A stretch of DNA of 64,000 nt from an uncultured Parolsenella sp. (GTDB lineage Bacteria; Actinomycetota; Coriobacteriia; Coriobacteriales; Atopobiaceae): the NCBI RefSeq assembly GCF_934660935.1, contig NZ_CAKUIH010000005.1, positions 107,848 to 171,847 on the forward strand. Direction: 5' to 3'. Below the pieces are notes generated by a model, which had not been told where the DNA came from, did not search any database, and was given only the letters and a program-made list of their open reading frames with translations. This document shows positions 46,196 to 54,455 of this stretch, piece by piece. Within the stretch, counting starts at the first letter, position 1. Each line of letters opens with the position of its first letter. Position numbers and translations under genes: made by a program.

Positions 46196-46774
46196 ATGAA
46201 GGAACTCGAGGATCGCATTCGCCAGGACGGCATCGTTCGCGAGGGCAACGTCCTGAAGGTGGACAGCTTCCTCAACCACAAGTGCGACGTCGCACTCTAT
46301 GACCAGATGGGTGCCGAGTGGGCCCGCCTGTTCGCCGGCAAGCACATCGACAAGATCTTGACGATCGAAAGCTCGGGCATCGGCATCGCTTGCGTCGCCG
46401 CCACCCACTTCAACGACGTGCCCGTGGTCTTCGCCCGCAAGACCGAGTCCAAGAACCTCGACGGCGAGCAGTACCGCACCCAGATCAGGAGCTACACCAA
46501 GGGCCGCACCTACGAGGTCATCGTCGCCAAGCGCTTCCTCGAGCGTGGCGAGCACGTCATCATCCTCGACGACTTCCTGGCCATGGGCTGCGCCCTCAAC
46601 GGCCTCCTCGAGATCTGCGAGGAGGCGGGCGTCGTGGTCGAGGGCATCGGCATCGCCATCGAGAAGGGTTTCCAGCCCGGCGGCAAGAGCCTGCGCGAGC
46701 GTGGCTACCAGGTGGAGAGTCTCGCCATCGTCCAGTCGATGGACGCCGCTACCGGCGAGATCGAGTTCGCCTAG
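46196..46774 (+). CDS. xpt: Xanthine phosphoribosyltransferase
   Basis: The N-terminus is [28 protein letters not shown]. The PRPP loop is [11 protein letters not shown]. An AGGAGG RBS precedes the start. Confidence 0.9.
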   Translation: MKELEDRIRQDGIVREGNVLKVDSFLNHKCDVALYDQMGAEWARLFAGKHIDKILTIESSGIGIACVAATHFNDVPVVFARKTESKNLDGEQYRTQIRSYTKGRTYEVIVAKRFLERGEHVIILDDFLAMGCALNGLLEICEEAGVVVEGIGIAIEKGFQPGGKSLRERGYQVESLAIVQSMDAATGEIEFA

Positions 46775-46789
46775 GCTCAGCGCAAATCC

Positions 46790-47446
46790 GTGAGCAGCTT
46801 CATTCTCTACGTGAACGACGGGGATGGCGTACGCGCTGGCGACGCCATCCCCGTTTCCGTGACGCGCAAGCACGTGCGCAATCTCAATCTGCGCATCCAC
46901 CGTGACGGTTCGGTCGTGCTGAGCATGCCGATGGCCATGCCGGCAGGTCGCGCCCAGGAGTTCCTCGACAGGCGCGCGGCGTGGATTCGCAAGAACGTCG
47001 ACTCGCGCTTCAAGCGTGCCGCGGTGCAAGATCTCCTGGCGGGTCAGGGTGCCTCCACCTATCCGCTCTGGGGTGAGTCCGTTGAGGTTCCGAATGGCGA
47101 CAAGCTCACGTTGGACGAGGTCGACGAGATCTACCGAGAAGAGCTCGCCCATCGCCTGCCAGAGATCGTCATGTGGATGGAATCGCAGGTAGGGGCCCAC
47201 GCAAGCTCCTGGAAGATTCGCGCCATGGCGACGCGTTGGGGATCGTGCACCCCTAAGACCGGTGCCATCCGCATCAACGCGCGCCTCGCCGCATACCCGC
47301 CCGAGTGTCTCTCCTACGTTGTCGCGCATGAGCTCGCGCACCTACTCGAGCCAACCCACAACGCTCGATTCCACGTGATTGTCGCTCGCGCCATCCCCAA
47401 CGAGCCCGAGATTCGCGCCCGGATGCGCAAGCCGCCCGTGGGGTAA
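46790..47446 (+). CDS. YgjP-like (DUF45 / M48-type) zinc metallopeptidase
   Basis: GTG start. The HExxH motif is YVVAHELAHLLEPTHNARF. Confidence 0.8.
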   Translation: MSSFILYVNDGDGVRAGDAIPVSVTRKHVRNLNLRIHRDGSVVLSMPMAMPAGRAQEFLDRRAAWIRKNVDSRFKRAAVQDLLAGQGASTYPLWGESVEVPNGDKLTLDEVDEIYREELAHRLPEIVMWMESQVGAHASSWKIRAMATRWGSCTPKTGAIRINARLAAYPPECLSYVVAHELAHLLEPTHNARFHVIVARAIPNEPEIRARMRKPPVG

Positions 47447-47479
47447 GATTCACGAAGGAAACGAGACCAAGGAGCCAGC

Positions 47480-47950
47480 ATGCCGGGTAAGCGCACCGAT
47501 GTCATCAGTTGGGACGAGTTCTTCATGCGTGTCGCCGTTGCGGCGAGCCTGCGCAGCAAAGACCCAAACACCCAGGTGGGCGCCTGTATCGCAGACACCA
47601 ACCATCGCATCCTGTCCGTGGGCTACAACGGCACCCCCACCGGCCTCAACGATGACGACTTCCCCTGGGAGACGGACGCTGATCCCCTGCTCGACAAGCA
47701 CAACTACGTGATCCACGCCGAGGCGAACGCGATTCTCAACTACCGCGGCTCGCTCAAGGACCTCGACGGCGCGAGCGTCTACGTGACCCTCTTCCCCTGC
47801 CACGAGTGCGCCAAGACCCTCGTGCAAGCAGGCATTGGCGAGGTCGTCTACCTGGGCGACAAGTACGAGGGCACGACGGACAACCTCGTCTCCAAGAGCA
47901 TCCTCGATCGATGCGGCATTGGCTATCGCCAGATCACGCTCTCGGACTAG
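47480..47950 (+). CDS. Deoxycytidylate (dCMP) deaminase, ComEB-type
   Basis: Motifs are HAEANAI and PCHECAK. Confidence 0.9.
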   Translation: MPGKRTDVISWDEFFMRVAVAASLRSKDPNTQVGACIADTNHRILSVGYNGTPTGLNDDDFPWETDADPLLDKHNYVIHAEANAILNYRGSLKDLDGASVYVTLFPCHECAKTLVQAGIGEVVYLGDKYEGTTDNLVSKSILDRCGIGYRQITLSD

Positions 47951-47968
47951 TCCCAAGGAGGAACGCCC

Positions 47969-48340
47969 ATGACGGAGACGAACAAGGAAACGGCCCTCGC
48001 GAGCAGCGACGAGCCCAAGAGCAGCATCATTCCCGTTGGCAAGGCACCTGAGTGCGAGCCGGACGAGGAGCTTCTCTATGACCTCGCGGACCTCTTCAAG
48101 GTCTTCTCTGACACGACGCGCATCAAGATCCTGTTCACCCTCATGGGGCGCGATCTGTGCGTGGCGGATATCGCAGACGAGACGGACACCACGCAGAGCG
48201 CCGTCTCTCACCAGCTGCGCACACTCAAGCAGGCGCACCTCGTGAAGTTCGTGCGCGACGGACGCAACATCGTCTATTCCCTCGCGGACGACCACGTCTA
48301 CACGATGCTCAACGTCGGCCTCAACCACATCTGCGAGTAG
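47969..48340 (+). CDS. ArsR/SmtB-family metal-responsive repressor
   Basis: The HTH region is CVADIADETDTTQSAVSHQLRTLKQAHLV and the C-terminus is DDHVYTML..HICE. Confidence 0.9.
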   Translation: MTETNKETALASSDEPKSSIIPVGKAPECEPDEELLYDLADLFKVFSDTTRIKILFTLMGRDLCVADIADETDTTQSAVSHQLRTLKQAHLVKFVRDGRNIVYSLADDHVYTMLNVGLNHICE

Positions 48341-48407
48341 CATCCGCGCCTGAGGCGGCGTTTGGACGCCCCGGATTCGGCACTCGAGGACATATCCTGG
48401 CGCGAGC

Positions 48408-48622
48408 GGTCAAAATACCCATCTTGGCGTACGGGTTGACCGCCGCATGGGACTAGTTAATTGACTGCAATCAAGCAACCAGCCGAACAACACAGCAATT
48501 TGGTCCTCATTCAGGACGGATTGCTATTAGCAGACATGCGTTGTGCACCCTGACGGACAAATGGAGACGCCTCGGAGCCAATTTCGGGCTACCGGGTGTA
48601 CGCCAAGATGGGTATTTTGACC
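48408..48622. repeat. 25-bp perfect inverted repeat pair bracketing 165 bp of lower-GC DNA (MITE-like element or long hairpin)
   Basis: ggtcaaaatacccatcttggcgtac (48408-48432) is the exact reverse complement of gtacgccaagatgggtattttgacc (48598-48622). Confidence 0.85.
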
Positions 48623-48734
48623 ACGATCGCAGACACATGCTATTAACGGACAGTTTCTCCCCCGGCGCTCCAGGGGAGCGACATACGTCGCGCGTCCGTT
48701 ATTTCATGCAAACCAGCCATTCGCCTATTTCTCG

Positions 48735-48762
48735 TTGACATATGAATACGCGCTCATATAAT
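48735..48762 (+). promoter_or_regulatory. Sigma70-type promoter for the HMA / P-type ATPase operon
   Basis: TTGACA (48735-48740), a 16-nt spacer, then TATAAT (48757-48762). It lies about 95 nt upstream of ATG 48856. Confidence 0.6.
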
Positions 48763-48798
48763 TAGTTCTAGCCTGGCATATGAATGATTGTTCAGATG
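48740..48798. promoter_or_regulatory. Two candidate ArsR/SmtB operators
   Basis: Site 1 is ATATGA-N8-TCATAT (48740-48759), inside the promoter spacer. Site 2 is the imperfect 22-bp palindrome CATATGAATGATTGTTCAGATG (48777-48798). Confidence 0.5.
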
Positions 48799-48855
48799 TT
48801 CCGGCTATCGTAAATACACAAGCGAGGGCACGGCCCTTGAGAGAAAGGTCCCATC

Positions 48856-49074
48856 ATGAAGAAGGCGTTCAAGCTCGACGAGATCGATTGTGCCAACTGC
48901 GCCCGCGAGCTGCAGGACGAGCTCTCCAAGCTCGAGGGCGTCAAGTCCGTCTCCGTCAATTTCATGACCCAGAAGCTCACCCTCGAGGCCGATGACGCGG
49001 AGTTTGACGAGGTCCTCGAGCGCGTCGTCGACTTCACCGCCGATGCCGAGCCCGACTGCGAGATCATCCGTTAG
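48856..49074 (+). CDS. Heavy-metal-associated (HMA) domain protein
   Basis: 72 aa with the CANC metal-binding motif (DEIDCANCARELQ). It has the ferredoxin-like HMA length. Confidence 0.8.
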   Translation: MKKAFKLDEIDCANCARELQDELSKLEGVKSVSVNFMTQKLTLEADDAEFDEVLERVVDFTADAEPDCEIIR

Positions 49075-49179
49075 CAAGCCATCCCCTGCCGCTGGCCCTA
49101 CTTTTCGCGGCGGGGGTCTTTTAAATGCTAATATATGAACGGCTGCGCATACGTTCATCGATTTGGGAGAAGGAGCACA

Positions 49180-51135
49180 ATGGCAGACCAAAAGAAAAGG
49201 AAGCGTCGCAAGAAGGAGACGCAAGAGCAGAAGCTCCGTCGCATCCTCATCGCGCTTGTCATCTTTGCCGTTATCTTCGCGATAGATGAGCTTGGCGCAC
49301 TCAAGGCCGCCTTTGGCGACCCGGGATGCGTCTATGCAAGCTTCGTACTCTATCTCGTGCCCTTCGTCATCGCTGGCCACGATGTCCTCAGGAAGGCCTA
49401 TGGCAACATCCGTCGCGGCAAGGCCTTTGACGAGTCGTTCCTCATGGCCGTCGCCACGATCGGCGCCTTCGCAATGGTCCTCTTCCCCGACACTGACCCA
49501 CATATGGCCGAGGGCGCGGCGGTCATGCTCTTCTACCAGGTGGGCGAGCTGTTCCAGGCATACGCCGTCGACAAGAGCCGCAAGTCCATCGCCGCCATGA
49601 TGGATATTGCCCCCGACTACGCAAACATCGAGGGTGAGGACGGCGAGCTCGAGCAGGTCGACCCGGACGAGGTCGCTATGGGATCCGTCATTGTGGTCAA
49701 GCCGGGCGAGCGCATCCCCATCGACGGCACCATCATCGAGGGCGCGACCCAGCTCGACACCGCCGCACTCACGGGCGAATCCGTCCCGCGCCATGCCGAG
49801 ACGGGCGCGGATGTCATCTCGGGATGCATCAACATGACCGGCCTCATCAAAGTCAGGACCACCAAACCCTTTGGGGAGTCGACCGTCTCGCGCATCCTCG
49901 AACTCGTTGAGAACGCCAGCGAGAAGAAGGCCAAGACCGAGAACTTCATCACTCGCTTCGCCCGCGTCTACACCCCGGCGGTCACTGGTGCCGCGGCCCT
50001 CCTCGCCCTTGGCGGCGGCCTCATCACCGGCGCCTGGAGCGACTGGATCCTCCGTGGCCTCACCTTCCTCGTCGTCTCCTGTCCGTGCGCCCTCGTTATC
50101 AGCGTGCCGCTCAGCTTCTTCGGCGGTATCGGCGGGGCGTCGCGCATCGGCGTTCTCGTAAAGGGATCGAACTACCTCGAGTCCCTGGCGGAGGTCGACA
50201 CGGTCGTCTTCGACAAGACGGGCACCCTTACCAACGGCACCTTCAACGTCGTCGCCATTCACCCAGAGTCCGGCGTCGACCCAGATTACGTCCTCAGCCA
50301 TGCCGCCTATGCGGAGGCCTTCTCGGACCATCCCATCGCGCTCTCCGTCAAGGCTGCGTATACGGGTGAGATCGACCGCAATCGCATTCGCGACGTCCAG
50401 GAGGAGAGTGGCCACGGCGTCGTGGCTCGCGTGGTCGAGGAGACCCAGGCCGCAGAACACGTGGTCCTCGTGGGCAACGACAAGCTCATGCGCGCACACG
50501 GCGAGACCTGGCACGATTGCTCGCTCACCGGCACCATCCTGCACGTCTCGGTCGACGGGCGCTACGTGGGCCACATCGTGATCGCGGACGTCGTGAAGGA
50601 CGACGCCGCGCAGACCATCCGCGACCTCCACGCCTGCGGCGTCCGCCGCTGCGTCATGCTCACGGGCGACCGCGAGGAGGTTGCGAAGGCCGTGGCGGAG
50701 CAGCTCGGCATCGATGAGTTCCACGCACAGCTCCTGCCCGCGGACAAGGTCGAGCGAGTCGAGACACTGCTCTCGAACGAGGATGCCAAGCACAAGCTCG
50801 CCTTCGTTGGCGACGGCATCAACGATGCCCCGGTTCTCACCCGCGCGGACGTGGGCATTGCCATGGGAGCGATGGGCTCCGACGCCGCCATCGAGGCAGC
50901 CGACGTCGTCCTTATGGACGACAAGCCCTCGAACATCTCGCGAGCCATCCGCATTGCCCGCAAGACGATGGGGATCGTCTGGCAGAACATCGTCTTCGCG
51001 CTTGCCGTGAAGCTCCTGATTCTGGCGCTGGCGGCGTTTGGCATCGCCAACATGTGGCTCGCCGTCTTTGGCGACGTGGGCGTCGCGATCATCGCGATCC
51101 TCAACGCCATGCGCGCCATGCACGTCGAGAACTAG
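49180..51135 (+). CDS. Heavy-metal (Cd/Zn/Co-type, P1B) translocating P-type ATPase
   Basis: ATG 49180 follows GGGAGAAGGAG. The TM6 motif is SCPCALV, with DKTGTLT and GDGINDAP. It has a Lys/Arg-rich N-terminus and no fused HMA domain. Confidence 0.9.
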   Translation: MADQKKRKRRKKETQEQKLRRILIALVIFAVIFAIDELGALKAAFGDPGCVYASFVLYLVPFVIAGHDVLRKAYGNIRRGKAFDESFLMAVATIGAFAMVLFPDTDPHMAEGAAVMLFYQVGELFQAYAVDKSRKSIAAMMDIAPDYANIEGEDGELEQVDPDEVAMGSVIVVKPGERIPIDGTIIEGATQLDTAALTGESVPRHAETGADVISGCINMTGLIKVRTTKPFGESTVSRILELVENASEKKAKTENFITRFARVYTPAVTGAAALLALGGGLITGAWSDWILRGLTFLVVSCPCALVISVPLSFFGGIGGASRIGVLVKGSNYLESLAEVDTVVFDKTGTLTNGTFNVVAIHPESGVDPDYVLSHAAYAEAFSDHPIALSVKAAYTGEIDRNRIRDVQEESGHGVVARVVEETQAAEHVVLVGNDKLMRAHGETWHDCSLTGTILHVSVDGRYVGHIVIADVVKDDAAQTIRDLHACGVRRCVMLTGDREEVAKAVAEQLGIDEFHAQLLPADKVERVETLLSNEDAKHKLAFVGDGINDAPVLTRADVGIAMGAMGSDAAIEAADVVLMDDKPSNISRAIRIARKTMGIVWQNIVFALAVKLLILALAAFGIANMWLAVFGDVGVAIIAILNAMRAMHVEN

Positions 51136-51140
51136 CAGCG

Positions 51141-51177
51141 CGAACCAGAAAAAGGGACAGTCCCTTTTTCTGGTTCG
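51141..51177. terminator. Near-perfect 37-nt palindrome (bidirectional terminator)
   Basis: cgaaccagaaaaagggac a gtccctttttctggttcg. Confidence 0.8.
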
Positions 51178-51502
51178 AAGGCCTCGCCGCACAACAATGC
51201 CCCCGCCGCGAGGGGGCGCGACGGGGGCCAAAGGAAGGAAGGTACTTGGTACTTACCCCTCCACCAGGCGTTATAGCGTTGCCGCACAAGCTTCACGTCT
51301 CCGTCACGTTCGCGCCACACCGCCATCACGTCCGCGACACATCACCGCCATAAATGGAACGGCGCCCCTTCGCCTTCGGCTTTCGCCAGGCGAAGGGGCG
51401 TCGCTTTTCTTACCAAACCGTCCGAATCCTCGACCCCGGAGACTCGGCCCCAAAGCCACCGTCCCGAAGTCGCGGCATAGCCACGGCCACGCTTTGGTAA
51501 CC

Positions 51503-51931
51503 CTACTCCTCGACCTCGAGAAGCTCAATCTCGAAGTTGAGCGGCTTGCCCGCAAACTCATGGTTGGCGTCGACCTTGATCTGCGCCGGGGTCACCTCGA
51601 CCACGCGCGCGGGAATGACCTGGTTGTTCGGCCCGCGAAGACCAACCTGGTCGCCCACGGACATGCGCTCCATGCCAAGGGCCTCCTCGCGGCGGAACGT
51701 AAAGACGAGCTGATCGTCGTGCTCGCCATATGCCTCGCTGGGAGCAAGGTGGACGTTCTTCTTCTCGCCAACCTGCATATCCGCAACGGCAAAGTCAAAC
51801 CCAGGAATCATCTGCTTGGCGCCGCACGTGAACTCAAGCGGCGTGCCTCGATCGTAGCTGCTGTCGAACTGCGTGCCGTCGTCGAGCGTGCCACGGTAGT
51901 TGACCTTGACCTTTTTACCGATGTTGGACAT
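51503..51931 (-). CDS. FKBP-type peptidyl-prolyl cis-trans isomerase (SlyD-like)
   Basis: 142 aa from ATG 51931 with RBS AGGAGA. Motifs are VKVNYRGTLDDGTQFDSS, MIPGFD and HEFAGKPLNFEIELLEV. Confidence 0.9.
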   Translation of the reverse strand: MSNIGKKVKVNYRGTLDDGTQFDSSYDRGTPLEFTCGAKQMIPGFDFAVADMQVGEKKNVHLAPSEAYGEHDDQLVFTFRREEALGMERMSVGDQVGLRGPNNQVIPARVVEVTPAQIKVDANHEFAGKPLNFEIELLEVEE

Positions 51932-52081
51932 TTCGTGTCTCCTGTCTATGGCGCCCTCAATACTGCTGAGGGTTTTCAGACCAGGTAGCATAAGCATTCG
52001 TAAACCAAAGGGCAATATGTCCGTTTCTTTATCTTCACACTGGAAACACGCTGTTGATATAGTTAAGGCTTCCGTATCGCA

Positions 52082-52504
52082 ATGAAAGGGGCCCGCATGT
52101 CCTCTGCCCAGAAGACCGTTAAAATCCTCAGTTTCATCGCCATGGCGATCGCCATGGCCTTCATCGTCGTCGGCGCGCTCTGCCTTGCCGGCGTCCCGGT
52201 CATCTCCAGCGACAACCCCGAGGTTCTCCGCCAGCTTGGCGTCCTCTGCTTCATCGACGCCATCGCCTTCGTCATCTACGTCGTCCTCGGCATCCGCGGC
52301 GCCAACTCTCCGCGCAAGATTGGCCCGTTCCGCGTCTACACCGTGATCGTGCTCGCGTTTGGCGTCCTCAACGTTGCCGTCGCCGTCGCCTCTCACCCTG
52401 AGAACATCATCGGCAGCGCCGGCGTCTCGACCATCGCCTCGCTCGTCCTCGCCATCGCCGGCTTCATCACCTCCGGCAAGGTCGTCAAGGAACTCGACCG
52501 CTAA
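52082..52504 (+). CDS. Small 4-TM membrane protein, function unknown
   Basis: The ORF has four hydrophobic segments and is followed by a strong terminator. The start is ATG 52082 or ATG 52097. Confidence 0.6.
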   Translation: MKGARMSSAQKTVKILSFIAMAIAMAFIVVGALCLAGVPVISSDNPEVLRQLGVLCFIDAIAFVIYVVLGIRGANSPRKIGPFRVYTVIVLAFGVLNVAVAVASHPENIIGSAGVSTIASLVLAIAGFITSGKVVKELDR

Positions 52505-52578
52505 GGACTCGCCCGGCGTGCCACACGGGCCCCTCACCGGGCTATGAGCCCAGCAACTGCACATTTCACATAAGATGG

Positions 52579-52617
52579 ACGGGTCACGGCATAGGAAGTT
52601 GCCGTGACCCGTTTTTC
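52579..52617 (+). terminator. Rho-independent terminator
   Basis: acgggtcacggca / tgccgtgacccgt form a 13-bp perfect stem followed by TTTTT. Confidence 0.85.
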
Positions 52618-52675
52618 ATGTGCTGCGGGCGACGCACGGCGTCCGTCCACGGCACGACAAAAGAGGGAGGAAACG

Positions 52676-53689
52676 ATGCTCTTCGACGTCTACGGCACCA
52701 ACGCACCATTCCAGTGGCTTGGCTGGGTCCTCGTGTTCGTTGGCCTCATCCTCGCCAACGAGTTCGCGCGCCGCTCCAAGGTTGGCGGACTCATCATGTT
52801 CGGCGCCCTTCCCATCGCCATGACCGTCTACTGCATAGCCATCGGCATTGGCGTGGCACAGGGCGCCGATTGGGCGCTCAACAACCCCACGCACGTCTAC
52901 CAGAACAGCTGGTTCCACTACGCCAAGGTCTACGCGGCGCTCGCCGGCTGCTTGGGCTTCATGGTCATCAAGTACAAGTGGGGCAGGCTCGGCCGCGCCC
53001 ACTGGTTCCGCGCCTGGCCGTTCGTCATCGTGGCCATCAACATCTTGATTGCGGTGTGCTCCGACTTCGAGAGTGCCTACCACTTCTTCGCGCTCGGCGA
53101 GACCACCTGGGTCACGTCCGAGGGCGCCACGCAGCTCGCCGGATGGAACAACGTGTTCAACGGCATCGCCGGCATCATCAACATCTTCTGCATGACCGGC
53201 TGGTGGAGCGTCTACGCGTCCAAGGACGAGGCGGATATGCTCTGGCCCGACATGACGTGGGTCTACATCATCGCCTATGACATCTGGAACTTCTGCTACA
53301 CGTACAACTGCCTGCCCACGCACTCCTGGTTCTGCGGTTTTGCGTTGCTGCTGGCCCCCACCGTGGCAAACTTCTTCTGGAACAAGGGCGGCTGGATCCA
53401 GAACCGCGCCTTCACGCTTGCCATCTGGTGCATGTTCGCGCAGGTGTTCCCCTACTTCCAGGAGCAGTCCGTCTTCGTGACGCACTCCACGCTCAACCCC
53501 ACCTCCGCACTCGTGGTCTCCGTCCTTGCGCTCGTGGCAAACGTGGCGGCCATCATCTACATCGTCTATCGCGCCAAGAAGCTCGGCGTGAACCCCTACA
53601 AGAGCGACGTCTTCAAGGGCACGCGCGACTGGGAGCAGGCCACGGCCCGTCGAGAGCCCGCCGAGAACGACCCCGCACTCGCGGCCTAA
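52676..53689 (+). CDS. Polytopic Trp-rich membrane protein, function unknown (possibly DUF5692-type)
   Basis: ATG 52676 follows AGAGGGAGG. The 337-aa protein has 8-10 hydrophobic segments. The family guess is from memory only. Confidence 0.65.
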   Translation: MLFDVYGTNAPFQWLGWVLVFVGLILANEFARRSKVGGLIMFGALPIAMTVYCIAIGIGVAQGADWALNNPTHVYQNSWFHYAKVYAALAGCLGFMVIKYKWGRLGRAHWFRAWPFVIVAINILIAVCSDFESAYHFFALGETTWVTSEGATQLAGWNNVFNGIAGIINIFCMTGWWSVYASKDEADMLWPDMTWVYIIAYDIWNFCYTYNCLPTHSWFCGFALLLAPTVANFFWNKGGWIQNRAFTLAIWCMFAQVFPYFQEQSVFVTHSTLNPTSALVVSVLALVANVAAIIYIVYRAKKLGVNPYKSDVFKGTRDWEQATARREPAENDPALAA

Positions 53690-53713
53690 CGTCTCACAAC
53701 AAAGCCTAATGCA

Positions 53714-53753
53714 ACGACCCCGCCACCATGGCAATGGTGACGGGGTCGTTTGT
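53714..53753 (+). terminator. Hairpin terminator
   Basis: acgaccccgccaccat ggca atggtgacggggtcgt is a 16-bp stem with one mismatch, followed by ttgt. Confidence 0.65.
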
Positions 53754-53780
53754 CACTGCGCAGCGGAGTGGCACGATGGG

Positions 53781-53828
53781 GCAGGGCCGCCTTTGTCACC
53801 GCAGGCAGGGCCGCCTTTGTCACCGCAG
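53781..53828. repeat. Perfect 24-nt tandem duplication spanning the stop codon of the ABC ATPase gene
   Basis: gcagggccgcctttgtcaccgcag occurs twice (53781-53804 and 53805-53828). The minus-strand stop (53820-53822) lies in copy 2. Confidence 0.95.
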
Positions 53829-54455
53829 CTCCACACGCCTCGTGGCCACACGGCCAACGAGCGCCGGAGAGTGCGAGACGAGCACGAGACCCCAGCCATC
53901 GCGCTCCTGTAGGCCCATCAGCACATGCCACAGCTCGGCCTGCGTCACGGCGTCGAGCATGGCCGTGGACTCATCGGCGATGAGGTAGCGAGGCCGCACG
54001 GACAGCGCGCGCACCATGGCGAGGCGCATGAGCTCGCCACCGCTCAGCTCGTGCGGACGCCGCGCGAGCCACTCCTCGCGCACACCAAACGAACCGAGAA
54101 GCTCGTCCGCACGTGCACGCGCGCATGCCTCGCCCGCTCCGGCAACCTCCCCCAGGCTCCGCCCAAGTCTCACCCGCGGGTCAAACGCCAACTCGGGATG
54201 CTGGGGCAGCAGCTGCACGGGGCTTGCCTCGCCCCGCAGACGCGCAATGGGACGCACGGGTTCGCTGTCCGCGAGCACACACCCAGACGCAGGCACCAGA
54301 TAGCCAGCAAGCAGTTGGCACAGCGTCGTCTTTCCGCGGCCAGACGGGGCCGTGAGCGCCACGCGCTCCCCCGGTTCCACCGAAAGGCTCAGACCTCGGT
54401 ATAGCTCGCGCCCACACGGGTAGCGAAAGGAGATGTCTCGTGCCTCGAGGCTCAT
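53820..54455 (-). CDS. ABC transporter ATP-binding protein (NikE/OppF-like)
   Basis: Walker A is APSGRGKTT, the signature is LSGGE, and Walker B is LIADEST. Its ATG overlaps the upstream stop (ATGA). Confidence 0.85.
   Translation of the reverse strand: MSLEARDISFRYPCGRELYRGLSLSVEPGERVALTAPSGRGKTTLCQLLAGYLVPASGCVLADSEPVRPIARLRGEASPVQLLPQHPELAFDPRVRLGRSLGEVAGAGEACARARADELLGSFGVREEWLARRPHELSGGELMRLAMVRALSVRPRYLIADESTAMLDAVTQAELWHVLMGLQERDGWGLVLVSHSPALVGRVATRRVELR

Noticed and set aside
44315-47341. 1008-aa ORF fusing the LctD-like dehydrogenase to upstream sequence
   Set aside because: The upstream two-fifths run antisense to xpt and the YgjP-like gene and have no dehydrogenase similarity. 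ATG 45991 with AAGAGG gives a standard ~558-aa FAD dehydrogenase.
48541-48738. 65-aa ORF in the low-GC spacer upstream of the metal-efflux operon
   Set aside because: It has no RBS and atypical codon usage for this genome. It overlaps the right arm of the inverted repeat and the promoter, so it is more likely non-coding.
48805-51231. 808-aa minus-strand ORF antisense to the HMA and P1B-ATPase genes
   Set aside because: It is D/G/R/V-rich with no motifs. The plus strand has the CPC, DKTGT and GDGINDAP signatures.
51183-51502. Possible small gene or sRNA between the metal ATPase terminator and the FKBP gene, including the hairpin cgccccttcgc..gcgaaggggcg at ~51365-51405
   Set aside because: The ORFs here are short and R/P-rich, lack an RBS, and occur on both strands. 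The hairpin is plausibly just the distal terminator of the minus-strand FKBP gene. There is not enough evidence to call a feature.
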